Source: Novakomyces olei
Taxonomy: Eukaryota
Reading direction: 5' to 3'
NCBI GenBank assembly: GCA_016906335.1
Contig: JADEYG010000001.1
Coordinates: forward strand, 1,178,001-1,242,000
Length of the DNA stretch: 64,000 nucleotides
Of this stretch, positions 11,042 to 22,782 are shown piece by piece. Below the pieces are notes generated by a model. The model was not told the origin of the DNA and made no database searches. It was given only the letters and a program-made list of their open reading frames with translations. The position numbers were made by a program, and so were the translations under genes. Within the stretch, counting starts at the first letter, position 1; every line of letters begins with the position of its first letter.

Positions 11042-14017
11042 TTATTTGTACAGCGACAAAAAGTTTAGGTACATATTTGTCAGGTCTGTTTCTGTATCAG
11101 CATTAGCAGAAAGAGCATTAGCCAAAGCGTCTGCGGATACGAGGGAGGAGGCAGCTCCGCCTGAACCTGATTCAGGCTGGTCTTCTTGAACACTGCCACC
11201 CGTTTCCGGCTCAACACGTAAGAGCGAGTGCTCTTGTTCATCTTGGCCAATCTTTTCTACCGTCTTTAACTCGGGAATAAAAGGCACCAGCGACTCTTCC
11301 TTGCGTAACAGCACTGAATCCCTCCCACTCGACGGCTCTGCTGCCTTGTAGTAGAGGCTGATATCTCCGTGGAGATAAAACACTGCAAATGCAGTTTTAC
11401 TTATTCCCGGCAGAGAGCAGGCGACAATGCCTGCAATCGATCGGGAATTGCCGGCATGGAAAAGGGCAACAGGCGAGGCCGGATCGTAGACAGTAAAGTA
11501 ATTCTCCTTTTTGCTGTTGCAGCCAACAGCGACACAGGTTCCAGCCGCGTCTACAGCGAGAGTCCAGGCTCCGAGGGAAGCTGAAGTAGAAGGCATATCC
11601 ACAATCCATCGAGGAGACATGGCGCAAATGTCCCAGGAAACGATAGATCGCTCAGTGACCATCATGAGACTCGTCTCGCTGCCACAGAGGGCCAAGCGTC
11701 GGATACGCGTTGTGACTGCACCAGCAATAAACTGCACTAGTGAGCAGGTCGTATAGTCAACAAAGCAAATGTCACAGTCTACACTAAAACAGAGCAGTGA
11801 ATAGTCTGCACTAAAGGCGAGAGCTGCTCGAACAGTACTATGCCGAGCTCGACGTGGGTGACGAATCACACGGACGGCTCTGTACCCGCCTCCATTCCGT
11901 GGACCTCCCTTTTCAGATTCGATATTGGTCCTTTCTTTATCAGATCCGATCTTTTCTTTATCAGATCCGATCTTTTCTTTATCAGATCCGATCCTTTCTT
12001 TATCAGATCCGATTTTTTTAGCAGACCTGAATCTGTCTCTTGCCGGCAGCCAAACACGGAGACAGCCACTGCTGGCAACACTAACAAAACCATCGCCGTC
12101 GTCGCTCTCGAGCCCCAAGACACGGCAGTCACGACCGTGTGGGTGATCCACTCGGGTCAGCAACTGCCATTGCTGCCCAGAATCAAGCACCCAAAACTTC
12201 AAGTGTGATTCTACTGAAGAGCTATTGCTGCTGTTGCTGCTTTCTTGATCTCTCCATTCGTCATACGTGGCCATACGCGTACCCGCAGTGTTTACGGCTA
12301 TTAATTTTACATCTGGTTCACGTACAGGGACGTTATTACGACCCGCAAATTCAGTGTGCAGGGCCCTTGAAGTCTGCAACCGGCCAACCTGCCGTTCCTG
12401 AAGCAAATCGTACATTTGCACAGCCGAACCAGAACCGGAACCGGAACCGGAGCCGCCGAGCAGAAACGTGCAGTTTTCATAGCAGCAAACAGGGGTACCA
12501 TACTTTACCGGGTGGCATCCACGAATTTCACACCTTAACCCTAAATCCACAGCGTCAACAAGCTTACACGAATTATCGGCCAGCAGTACAGCATAGCCGA
12601 GGTTGTCATTCTGCACTACAACGCGCAAGATGGGGGCTCCGAGTCGGGGAAGAAACTGCTTCATGTTTGTTTCCATTTGCCAGAGAACAAGAGTCCCCTC
12701 ACTTCCACCGCTGAGCAAATAGGATCCATTAAGAGCAAATTGCAGAGTCGATATAGGCTGAGCGTGCCAGTGCAGAGTGCGCTCCAGCCTAATCTCATCT
12801 TCGCTTGATCCCTTTTCCGGGTTTCCATCCTCCGTATCGTTAATGCCCTTAACATGGCTCCTTTTTCTAAATGGATCAGAGTAGATGATGATCTTGCCTT
12901 CCTCGTCTCCGCAGGCCAACAGGTCTGCAGTAGCAGCAAAAGCAGTAACACTATGGCCGAGTTCGTGGACACGGAAAGTCCAGCCGCCTCTACTGCCACT
13001 GCTGCTGGAAGAAGACCGTCGAAGGGCAAGAAATCTTCGTGAGCCCTGTACAATAATCCTGTCATCCTGAACGACTTGCAGACCCACAATAGGGCCACGC
13101 ATATAAGCCCGCTGCTTCAGTTCAAGTCGGTTACCCGCCAATTTGCCTTGCAGCAGTTCAAACGTGTTTGCAGTATTTGTATTTGTATTTGCATTAGAAT
13201 TAGCAATTGTATTTGCACTTGCATTTGCATTAGAATTAGCTATTGCATTTGCATTTGTATTATTTGTAGTATTGTTGGATGCAACTGTATTATCGGCAGA
13301 GGCACTGTCGCCCACATTACCGGCCATACTGGCCCCGTTAACAGTGGGCTCTGCTGGCTTAGAAGCCTGCTGAGCCAAAACAGTGACAAGCCTTTCGCCT
13401 ATATGCATACGTACAGGCTTGCAAGCTGCCGGTAGAGCAATTTCCTCGACTTGGCTCCCGTCTGTCCAATCATAGACGTGTATTCGGCCCGCCAGGCAGG
13501 CGACCCATACACGAAACGGATTCGTTCCGTCCAGCGCTGCACAAGCAATGTCTCCAGCACAAAAGATCTTTTGCAGGTGCGATCCTGTATCGGCAGCGTA
13601 CACATTGATCACTGACCTCGTCGGAATCAGCACGTACCGGTTTTGCATGGCGAATATAGGTGAATGCTCAGTCAGAGGAGCCGCTGAGCTTTTCCGTAAC
13701 TTCCAGTTTGCCGAAATGCCATTCGCTGAAACAGTCGCTAAATCAGGCGCAATAGACGTCAAAAGACGCGAATGCGATCGGGCCGATTTTGAAGTCGGAT
13801 GCTGTTTGGGAGAATGCAGAGATTTGGGAGATTTGGGAGATTTAAAAGATTTTAATGGCGAATCTTTTGCCTTTCGATCTGGTGTGTCCCCGTTGACATT
13901 AGCAGACGCCGATCTGTACGGCGACACATTTTGCTCGCCGCTTTTCCGTCGCTGAGTGCGCGGCAGACGTGCGTTTCCATTGTGCCCGTTTGCCAACGAC
14001 TCTTTATGCGTCGGCAT
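11042..14017 (-). CDS. UTP17: U3 snoRNP t-UTP subunit Utp17/Nan1 (WDR75-like WD40 protein)
   Basis: Signature LHWHAQPISTLQFALNGSYLLSGGSEGTLVLWQMETNMKQFLPRLG and MATYDEW..LKFW..TRVDHPH; first ATG at 14017. Confidence 0.88.
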   Translation of the reverse strand: MPTHKESLANGHNGNARLPRTQRRKSGEQNVSPYRSASANVNGDTPDRKAKDSPLKSFKSPKSPKSLHSPKQHPTSKSARSHSRLLTSIAPDLATVSANGISANWKLRKSSAAPLTEHSPIFAMQNRYVLIPTRSVINVYAADTGSHLQKIFCAGDIACAALDGTNPFRVWVACLAGRIHVYDWTDGSQVEEIALPAACKPVRMHIGERLVTVLAQQASKPAEPTVNGASMAGNVGDSASADNTVASNNTTNNTNANAIANSNANASANTIANSNANTNTNTANTFELLQGKLAGNRLELKQRAYMRGPIVGLQVVQDDRIIVQGSRRFLALRRSSSSSSGSRGGWTFRVHELGHSVTAFAATADLLACGDEEGKIIIYSDPFRKRSHVKGINDTEDGNPEKGSSEDEIRLERTLHWHAQPISTLQFALNGSYLLSGGSEGTLVLWQMETNMKQFLPRLGAPILRVVVQNDNLGYAVLLADNSCKLVDAVDLGLRCEIRGCHPVKYGTPVCCYENCTFLLGGSGSGSGSGSAVQMYDLLQERQVGRLQTSRALHTEFAGRNNVPVREPDVKLIAVNTAGTRMATYDEWRDQESSNSSNSSSVESHLKFWVLDSGQQWQLLTRVDHPHGRDCRVLGLESDDGDGFVSVASSGCLRVWLPARDRFRSAKKIGSDKERIGSDKEKIGSDKEKIGSDKERTNIESEKGGPRNGGGYRAVRVIRHPRRARHSTVRAALAFSADYSLLCFSVDCDICFVDYTTCSLVQFIAGAVTTRIRRLALCGSETSLMMVTERSIVSWDICAMSPRWIVDMPSTSASLGAWTLAVDAAGTCVAVGCNSKKENYFTVYDPASPVALFHAGNSRSIAGIVACSLPGISKTAFAVFYLHGDISLYYKAAEPSSGRDSVLLRKEESLVPFIPELKTVEKIGQDEQEHSLLRVEPETGGSVQEDQPESGSGGAASSLVSADALANALSANADTETDLTNMYLNFLSLYK

Positions 14018-14105
14018 TGCCAAACGACTTTCTGCTTTTTTTTTTTTTTTTGGCGAATATATTTGATAGGAACTATCTGGTAAAAGTACATATTACAAGG
14101 ACTAC

Positions 14106-14141
<36 letters not shown>

Positions 14142-14156
14142 GATTGTAATAATGTC

Positions 14157-14176
14157 AGGGTTAGTTAGGGTTAGTT
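14157..14176. promoter_or_regulatory. AGGGTTAGTTAGGGTTAG motif in the UTP17/RPB10 divergent promoter
   Basis: Cores at 14157 and 14167. Confidence 0.6.
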
Positions 14177-14251
14177 AAATAGTCGCGGGCTCAAATTTTC
14201 GTTGTAAATAAACAGATCAAATCTTGAACCTTGCCAAAGCCGAACAGCGCT

Positions 14252-14507
14252 ATGATTATTCCGGTGCGCTGTTTTTCTTGCGGTAAAGTCATCGGGGACA
14301 AGTGGGATGCGTACTTGGATCTGTTGCAGCAGGACGAGACGGAGGGCGATGCCTTGGATAAATTAGGACTGCGGCGGTACTGTTGTCGGCGAATGGTCTT
14401 GACCCATGTGGATCTTATTGAAAAACTATTGAGCTATAATCGTACGATCTCATTGATTTGCACAGTCGGCTAATAAAACAGCTCTTTCTAAACAGCGGGG
14501 TTATTGA
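14252..14507 (+). CDS. RPB10: RNA polymerase I/II/III shared subunit Rpb10
   Basis: [37 protein letters not shown]; intron 14442-14481 gives the C-terminus YNPLSKQRGY*. Confidence 0.97.
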
Positions 14508-15590
14508 CGGGTCCGCTGGGTTAATCAGGCGCGAGAGATATGGATCTTTGGGCTGCCTTGTATTTTTTTTTTAATTAAAAATTAACGGAAAAGCAAAAGT
14601 TGAGGGGCGAATGTTTGCGCAACGTTTAGTAATGGAATTTTAAAGTATAAATGGAACAGATGGATGGATGGATTGATGGATGCCTTTACAACATTTTAAA
14701 ACATTTCAAACCGTTCTACTGGCCTTGTATGCCTCTCTAGTACAGCCGTCGTCACAAACCAAAGAATTACTATGAATCTAGATAAGAGCAAATCTGGTGG
14801 GCCATTACTGGCTCTTGCCGTTGCTGCTGAGAATGCTTAAAAAATCAATCAAACAACCGCTCATCGAAAGGGTATCAAATGAATAATAAATCCAGTAATT
14901 TCCTTTGCTTGGTGATACTAGCGCCTTTAACCTAGACTGAAAAAGTTTCCATCCGTACAATCTGCCTCTAAAACTGGATCGTTGCCGTCGTAATAACATT
15001 TGCCATTGCCGGGGAGCCCGCCGAGAGCCTCGTCTTTGTCTCCACAGTTTTATTCCAACCCACATTCGCAGCCACAATTATTAGCCACTCTCGCAAAATC
15101 AAACACTCTCCACTACAGCCACGTCACAGCCTGCTCAGACATTATCCTATCCCCACGTCTTCCTAGATCGACGCAGGCTCAGACGCCGAAAGAGCAGAGC
15201 CATAGCACAGTCGCACAGCTAAACACGCTACACTCTTGCATCAAAGCCATAACAGCCGCAAGCAAAGCCTCATCCGCTCCCATACTAATCCCCAATATTC
15301 CTAGGAAAAACACAGATCAAAGTAGGGTCGCAGACGCAGCTATTGCTCGCAGCCCGTAACAGCAGTCGCTCCTACTCCCAAGCTCACAGCCGCCATTCAT
15401 CGCCACTTTCAAAGCCTCCGGAACCAGCAACGTTTCGCGAAAACGTGCCAAAACTCAGAGCCTCAATCGCAGTAGAACGCAGCCGTTTTGCCCAGTTGTT
15501 AAAAGCAGTCAGATGAAGATTAAACATGATTAAAAGCGCAACTTTAAACGCAGCCATTTATGAAGAGTAAACCAAAGTCGCAAGTGCAGC

Positions 15591-15642
15591 CATAAAAGGG
15601 CCATAAAAGGGTCATAAAAGGGTCATAAAAGGGCTATAAAAG
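15591..15642. repeat. About 4.5 copies of an 11-bp CATAAAAGGG(C/T) repeat
   Basis: Direct tandem repeat. Confidence 0.85.
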
Positions 15643-15868
15643 ACCCACAAGGCCCACTGAAATAAAGGCCGTTGGTATAACCTCGACACAGCCAAACAAC
15701 CCCCCAACAAACTCGTGCAATACCAGCCCGACAGGCCCGGCAAACTCTGTAGTTTGTTATCAAACAGCAAAAAACCAGCCTTTAAAAAAAGCCCAAATCA
15801 CCAGACACTAGTCTAATCCATCCACCAACGGCCAAACCGTCGCCTCTTCTCAACCAAGCATCAGTGTA

Positions 15869-17443
15869 TTACCGGATCATCATACACTTTTCAAACTCCT
15901 CCTTCCCAGCACGGCCACTAGCTCCTCCCTGAGCAGGCACATGCTTCTTCTCGCGGCCCCAGACTTTAAAAAACTTGAGATTCTCGTCAGCAGCGGCAGT
16001 CGCGAGTGTCTGCCCGTCCGGCGACAAGCACGAGTGCAGTACTCTGCTCTCGTGAGCCGGAATATCAATCTGCTTTTGAACTTTTGACCCATAAGACCAG
16101 ACGCTAATCTGATTGTCCGGCCACCCGTGTGTGGAGACACACTCCCTGTGAGTCTGCGACCACCGCAGACTCGTTACTTGGCTGCCAGTATTGGCCGTTT
16201 GCACACGGGCCCCCGTGGTTGTATTCCACCAGTTTATAGTACGGTCGGCACTGCCTCCGCCGGTGCAGAGCAGGTTAACCTGCCAGGGGCACCAGCTGAG
16301 AGCCTTGACTGCGGCCGTATGATTTGTCTTTGTAAACTTTGGCACAGACGTGCGAGCGTCCCAAATGCAGACAATATTGTCGTTCCCACCAGAGGCTAAT
16401 TGCGATCCGTCAGAGCGCCAATCTAAACCGCAAACTTCGGCTCTGTGCTCATTGAACTCTGAGACTTTATGCTCTCGCACTCGCACATCGTGGTTGTGAA
16501 TTGCTCCATCACGGCTGCCAGAGGAGAGCATATGCTTGTCCCAAGACATTACGCCTACTCGGGCACTGTGGCCATGCATTGTCCGTAAACTAGACATCGT
16601 TTCCACGTCCCAAATCTGTACAGCGCCATCGCCAGTGCCGACAGAGAGGTAACTCCCATCCCTCGACCATCGCAGAGAGGAAACGTACGTGTCCTGACCC
16701 GTCTCCATCAACGAGGCAACAGAGCCAGAACTGGCGTTCCAAATGTACACTGCCTGGTCCAGGCCAATAGCGACTTGGTTGCCGATAGACCAGTCGAGCA
16801 GATTGAGGTAGTAGTCGTCCACCAGGCCGGGAGCGTCCAGTACTCGCTCTGGCGTAGTCGATATTTTACGTCTGTTTGCCGATACTTGTGCCGCTGGCTT
16901 GAGCGGCCGATTGTACTGGCTCTGCAGGGAAACGGGTCTGCGGGACTCTGGCGCAGTTGGTTTAAAGGACAGAATACGCGTGTTTATCGCCAAGCCACAG
17001 GCTTCCGCTACGGAACGCGTATAATCACGCTGTTCGTCTTCGCACGTGACTTTACGTGCAGTCGTGTCCATATGTGCCGTCACTGCCGCCCCGGAGCCGT
17101 CGGCGGATATAAACCGATCGGCCCGACTCTGCCTGTTTCGGCCCGATAGCTGTGGCTGTGGCTGTGGCTGAGGCTGAGGCTGTGGGTGCGACTGCCGTTT
17201 AGGCGACGACAATGGACCCGTACCCGTCAGCGTAAAATCAGAGTGCACAACGTCCAGACGGTACTGCACCGGCGAGCGCAGATGGATGCCTCCAGACTTG
17301 GCAAAGGCGGAAGGCCGTTTACGCTCAGAGAGCTGAAGCCGGCCAAAGCTCTGCGCCGCCGCTGCTCGAGGCGTGAGCGGCGAAGCCGGCCGTGAAGACG
17401 GCCGTGATGTAGCGTTTGTAGGTTTTTGAGGTGTAGAAAACAT
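15869..17443 (-). CDS. CDC20: APC/C activator Cdc20/Slp1
   Basis: C-box DRFI, Mad2-binding RILSF, ERVLDAPGLVDDYYLNLLDWS, WD40 propeller, C-terminal IR tail. Confidence 0.96.
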   Translation of the reverse strand: MFSTPQKPTNATSRPSSRPASPLTPRAAAAQSFGRLQLSERKRPSAFAKSGGIHLRSPVQYRLDVVHSDFTLTGTGPLSSPKRQSHPQPQPQPQPQPQLSGRNRQSRADRFISADGSGAAVTAHMDTTARKVTCEDEQRDYTRSVAEACGLAINTRILSFKPTAPESRRPVSLQSQYNRPLKPAAQVSANRRKISTTPERVLDAPGLVDDYYLNLLDWSIGNQVAIGLDQAVYIWNASSGSVASLMETGQDTYVSSLRWSRDGSYLSVGTGDGAVQIWDVETMSSLRTMHGHSARVGVMSWDKHMLSSGSRDGAIHNHDVRVREHKVSEFNEHRAEVCGLDWRSDGSQLASGGNDNIVCIWDARTSVPKFTKTNHTAAVKALSWCPWQVNLLCTGGGSADRTINWWNTTTGARVQTANTGSQVTSLRWSQTHRECVSTHGWPDNQISVWSYGSKVQKQIDIPAHESRVLHSCLSPDGQTLATAAADENLKFFKVWGREKKHVPAQGGASGRAGKEEFEKCMMIR

Positions 17444-17702
17444 TTCGAAAATAACGATTACGCAGGTTTAACGAGCGATCTAAAGAGCAATCTAAAGAGC
17501 GGCAGGTCGGACAGCGGAAAGAGAGTGGTAAAGCAAACGGATCAGGGCGCGTAGACGGCAATAGACGGACCAGGCGACCAGCACCTGGATCTTAAAATCT
17601 TTGCGGAATCGGCCAATATAAAAACAAAAACGAAACTGAGAACGAGCAGCAGCCAACAGGGACAAGAGACCAGCTCCGTACCCTGTGCGAAGAGATTGTA
17701 GA

Positions 17703-17749
17703 CTATAAGAACATGTTAGATTCACGGTGACAATGGGTTGGGGGCTTAC
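17703..17749 (-). other. Predicted 5'-UTR intron of CDC20
   Basis: Minus strand AAG|GTAAGC...CTAAC...TTATAG, 47 nt, about 260 bp upstream of the ATG. Confidence 0.65.
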
Positions 17750-18403
17750 CTTGTGTTTGGTTGCGTGTTGTTTTCGTCGGGGCCGGCGCTTTATTTATTT
17801 ACTACGCTTGTGAGTCGTTGCCTAGCAACGCGTATATTTCAATTACGTCTTACAAGTAATGTACTAGGAGTGGAAGTAATGTTGCTGCATCACAGCATTA
17901 CAAGTAACGAACTGCAGTATTATTTATTGTTCATTATTTATCACTTATTATACAGTCTCTCTCCGTTTGCTGTCTGGACAATCGGTCACGCTGGACCAGT
18001 GCTGGGTTTTTAAGCAGGCAAAGAATTGCGGCTTGCTGGTCAAAAAGCTATGTATATATAGGCCATAATGTTATGCATGAGGTTCATGTTATCTGCTAAT
18101 GCGGTCTTTGGGGTCTGTCCAGCGAGACGACATTGAAACAGTATTCCTTGTGGGCAGAATAACTAATTATTTTCTGAATATACAGTAGCCTAATCATTTA
18201 TTTGCGCTTTCTATTATGAACTGGAGAATACACGAGAGCAGGTATGAATAAACAGTGGAAACTGTACCGTGAAAGGAGAGAACGGCGACGTATTATTTTA
18301 CAATGAAATATTGTATATATAGTATGTACAGCAAAGTATACGACAAAGTACACCAAAATAGAGTATACGGCTAATATGAATAGACAGTGAACAAACAAGT
18401 AAA

Positions 18404-18521
18404 AAATAAAATAAAATAAAATAAAATAAAATAAAATAAAATAAAATAAAATAAAATAAAATAAAATAAAATAAAATAAAATAAAATAAAATAAAATAAA
18501 ATAAAATAAAAATAAAAATAA
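18404..18521. repeat. (AAAAT)n microsatellite
   Basis: Near-perfect pentanucleotide repeat. Confidence 0.95.
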
Positions 18522-18597
18522 AGTACATATTAGGCAGGCATCGAGTGATACGTACACGTACTACCATTTTCACGAGACATTAGGACGGCAGCAGAGT

Positions 18598-19712
18598 ATG
18601 GCGTCCGGGCAAAAAGTAGGCGTGTGTCCAATCATTATTGCTAATGATATGTGCAGGATGTGAAAGAGCATTTGGCCAGCAAAATCATCGATTTCTTGCA
18701 GCAGTCTATGCGCGACGGCAGTGTATCAGAAGACCAAAAGGAATCGCTAGAAGTCGCAGCGCAGTGTATCTCTGACGCGTTCAAAGTGGAAAACGAGCTG
18801 TCTGATCCATCGGAGCAGTCGCTACTACAGATCTTTCAGGTATTTGAGTCCACCAAATCGCGTATGGTAAGATGGCGTTGCATTTACCAGCAACTAAGGC
18901 CTTAGAATGCGTCAGACGTGCCTCCAGCAAATAAAGACGAGGCTGAAAAGTTCAAGTCCGCGGGTAACCAGGCAATGTCTGGCAAGGACTATGATACTGC
19001 TATTGCACAGTACACAAAGGCGCTCGAGCTATTCCCAGACAATGTTATTTACCTATCAAATCGGGCTGCTGCCTACTCACAGGCTTCAAAGTTCGATCTA
19101 GCTGTGCGTGATGCTCGACGGGCAACCGCAATTGATCCTCAGTTTGGCAAAGCCTGGTCCCGTCTGGGTCATGCTCTGTTTGCCAGCGGTGACGTGGCCG
19201 CTGCTCACGAGGCTTACAAGCGTGGGAGCGAAGTTGATCCTTCCAGCGAAATAATGAAGCGGGGATTAGAGACAACGGGGAAGAGACTCGCTGAAAGTGG
19301 CGGAGCTGCTTCTCAAGCGAACCGCTCAGCGTCTCCCGCTGCTAATTCCGCTCCTTCGCCTGGTGGAGGTGGGGGTCTGCCTGATTTAAGCAGTCTCATG
19401 GGGATGTTTGGTGGGGGTAGTGGAGGTGGTGGAGGTGGTGGAGGAGGAATGCCAGATTTGTCGAGTCTGTTACAGAACCCGGCTATTTCGGGTCTTATGC
19501 GGGACATGCAAAATTCGGGTGCTCTCGAGGGCCTCATGAACAATCCGCGAATCCAGGAGGCAATGCAGAACCGTCAAATGCCCAACATCTCTGAGCTCAT
19601 GAGCGACCCTGAGCTTTCTTCTCAAGTAAGGTCTGCAATGGGAGGCTTTATGGGCGGCGGCGCAGGTGCTGGCAACAATGGCGGAAGGGCACAAGGGGGC
19701 AACGATAGTTAG
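18598..19712 (+). CDS. SGT2: Small glutamine-rich TPR co-chaperone Sgt2
   Basis: Exons 18598-18615, 18657-18866, 18906-19712. Dimerisation motif ESLEVAAQCISDAF; TPR YLSNRAAAYSQ..KAWSRLG; STI1-like C-terminus. Confidence 0.95.
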
Positions 19713-20302
19713 ACAGTTTAGCGTTACATAATAGTGCTTTTCAAACTGGGTTTCCATAGTCAATAAAGACATGCTTGGCTCATAGTATGCATTGCTTTTA
19801 CCGTGCAAGAACTCTGTTTATCTCATAGACCCTTAATTTACTACTACTAGCGATGCTTTACTCCATCCTCAGACGTAATGATCTCGCCTCGTGTGTAATA
19901 GTGCGTGCAAGAGTGTAAGTGAAATTTGGCTCATGATCTAGTGCACTTTTATTCGACTTTTTCTGTTTCTCTCTCTTGCTTGATGATCGTTTACCAATTA
20001 GTATTATAGCACGAAGCCTATTAATTCACAGTGTTAGTTATCTAATAGACTTTTTATTATATATACGTTGTGCTAGTGCCTTTTTATTTTATTTTATACC
20101 GATGATTTAACATAGCGATGACACAGGTATATATACATATATATACACATATATAGCAATACTGCTACTTTGTATTAATCACGCTGAGCAGTATCTGTCG
20201 CCGCGTCATCCAGCAAAGGCATAGAAAGACAGTGGACGCGTATAACGAAAAGCTGCTCTTTTAATTAGCACACAATAGCGCTGTGCTGCGCTTTATACCA
20301 AG

Positions 20303-21136
20303 ATGAGCAGTATTATGGAGTAAGTTTGGAGCAGGGGAACGATCTACTGACCTCGCAGATACAATGGCGGCTCTTGCGTGGCAATGGTAAGACAAGAATG
20401 ACTATGTCGACCGGATCTAACGCTGCCAGGCTGGAAAAGGCTGTGTCGCAATTGCCTCCGATATGCGTTTAGGCCAGCAATTTCAGACAGTATCAATGAA
20501 CTTTCCAAAGATCTTTCCTATGGGCGAAAAAGTGCAGCTTGGCTTAGCTGGGCTTGCTACAGATGTGATCACGTGGTAAGTGTTTAAAGAGCATTCTCTG
20601 TTAACTGAGCAGCTCTGAGCTGTTCCGATACAAAACGAACCTTTACCGGCTTCGGGAAGAGCGTCCAATCGAACCGTCGACGCTAGCGAATTTGGTCTCT
20701 ACGACTCTGTATGAGCGACGGTAAGCTATTTTAAAATTTCATCTCAAAATATTGGGAACTAAACTTATTCCTAGGTTTGGACCTTATTTCGTTGGGCCCG
20801 TGGTTGCTGGGTTGCATAGCAAAACGAACGAACCTTTTATTTGCGGCTTCGACCAGATTGGATGCATTGATTTTGCAAAAGACTTTATCGTCTCCGGTAC
20901 TGCTGCTGATCAATTATTCGGTACCTGCGAATCGCTTTGGGAGCCGGACCTTGTAAGAAATATTTTATGCTGAAATTTCCTAATTGTTGTAGGAACCAGA
21001 GGATCTCTTTGAAACTATATCACAGGCTTTAATGAGTGCACAGGACCGGGACTGTTTTAGCGGTTGGGGAGCGGTTGTTTACATTATTACGCCCGACAAG
21101 GTGATAAAACGCAGCCTAAAGACGCGCCTCGATTAG
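20303..21136 (+). CDS. PUP3: 20S proteasome beta-3 subunit (multi-exon)
   Basis: Spliced [74 protein letters not shown]. Confidence 0.95.
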
Positions 21137-21562
21137 AAATTTCAAACAATAATCAAATTGATTTGTGCACACAAGTTTGTCGCAGCTAAAGTCTCGTAGA
21201 GTATTGCACAATGCCAATGGCTAGACAACAGCACAGCTCTACCTGAAAAAGAGATAGATGCCGCACTGTAATACTGAGCTGCTCTCCAGCCTCGCAAACT
21301 GCCAGGCCCTTTTTGCACTATTCATGTAGTTTTGGCAAAGAACGGCTTTTTTGTCACATACCGGCCCATACCTGTCGCACCCGGAATAAAACAGACGACA
21401 AGAAATCGTATTATTAATTGGAAAATGTTGCTAAATTCAGCGAAAAAAAAACTACATTGTTTATAGTTGCAATGTGGACAAACTAAACACATCATTGTAA
21501 TTTTGGTATTTTCTGTCTGCCTTCAATTTGAACAAAACGTAATAGAGGCGACAACGGCATGT

Positions 21563-21767
<205 letters not shown>

Positions 21768-22113
21768 TCCTGATTATCACATTATCGGGTAGTTTAGCAT
21801 ATTATCTGTAGTTTATCCTATTTCGCTCTCTGAATGACTTGAGTCGATCATATCTGCCTACTGTTTCCGGGGCCGAATCTTGACAAACAGCTTCGGCCTC
21901 AGACGGCATTTGCACTATATATCCCACTCTCTTGTCGAGTCAAGCAATTCAGAGGAATCCGGACGTATTGTATAAAGCGCGCGCTCGCGCGCGCTCGTTT
22001 ACATACTTTTGTTTACACTGAAAATTACGGATACTCCTGCCTCGGAGCGTCTGTCTCTAACGTCTCTAACTCGCCCCGCCTTGTTCCAAAATTGCTGAAA
22101 AGCTCTACGGAGA

Positions 22114-22782
22114 ATGCCTGAGCCAAACTTTATCCAGGCGCCTGCGCGTGCGTGGCTGGCAAGTCCGCTGAACCGTCATGCGGAGAAAGACGAAGACGAA
22201 GATCCGTTTGGTTCACAGTGGGCGTACGGACACGATATCCCCTTAAAGCCTCGGCTGACTACGACGTGCGATTCTTCCGTTTCGTCTTCGAGCTCTGATA
22301 GCCAAGACGGATCGTCTGGCGGAGAGCAGTTTCGTCAAATCGGTTCATTTACGCCTTTAAGAAATCATCAGTCCTCGGCAGCTCACTCGTCTGCACAAAA
22401 GAATTCCTCAGCAACTTCAATGCACGAGTTTACCGAGCAAATGCACGTCTATGCCTCCCAAATGCCAACGAGCTACAGCAAATCTTCGCACAAAAAGTTC
22501 TTTGATCGGTTAAAAAGCCAACATAACGAACCTGACCGGGGGAACGGTACTTCTGGCACTGCTTCACGGCACCAGCACAAGACCAAGTTTGTCCCGCTCG
22601 GGCATCAGGCCCACTCAACTGCTTACAATTACTACCCTTCCCCAATCAACCATCAAAACCAGCACCGCGAACATATCCGCCAAATGCGATCGCGCAGAGG
22701 TATAAAGGAACTGTGGGCAAAGTTTACCGTCTGGCTTGGCATATCGTGTCTTCGCGTACGGAGAAGACTGAGCCAGACTTGA
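22114..22782 (+). CDS. Hypothetical Ser/His-rich protein, 222 aa, with a basic amphipathic C-terminal helix
   Basis: Single ATG-initiated ORF with TATAAA at 21971; no family recognised. Confidence 0.65.
   Translation: MPEPNFIQAPARAWLASPLNRHAEKDEDEDPFGSQWAYGHDIPLKPRLTTTCDSSVSSSSSDSQDGSSGGEQFRQIGSFTPLRNHQSSAAHSSAQKNSSATSMHEFTEQMHVYASQMPTSYSKSSHKKFFDRLKSQHNEPDRGNGTSGTASRHQHKTKFVPLGHQAHSTAYNYYPSPINHQNQHREHIRQMRSRRGIKELWAKFTVWLGISCLRVRRRLSQT

Noticed and set aside
15000-15359. 119-aa + strand ORF and 90-aa - strand ORF downstream of CDC20
   Set aside because: No recognisable domains and non-ATG starts; better explained as UTR
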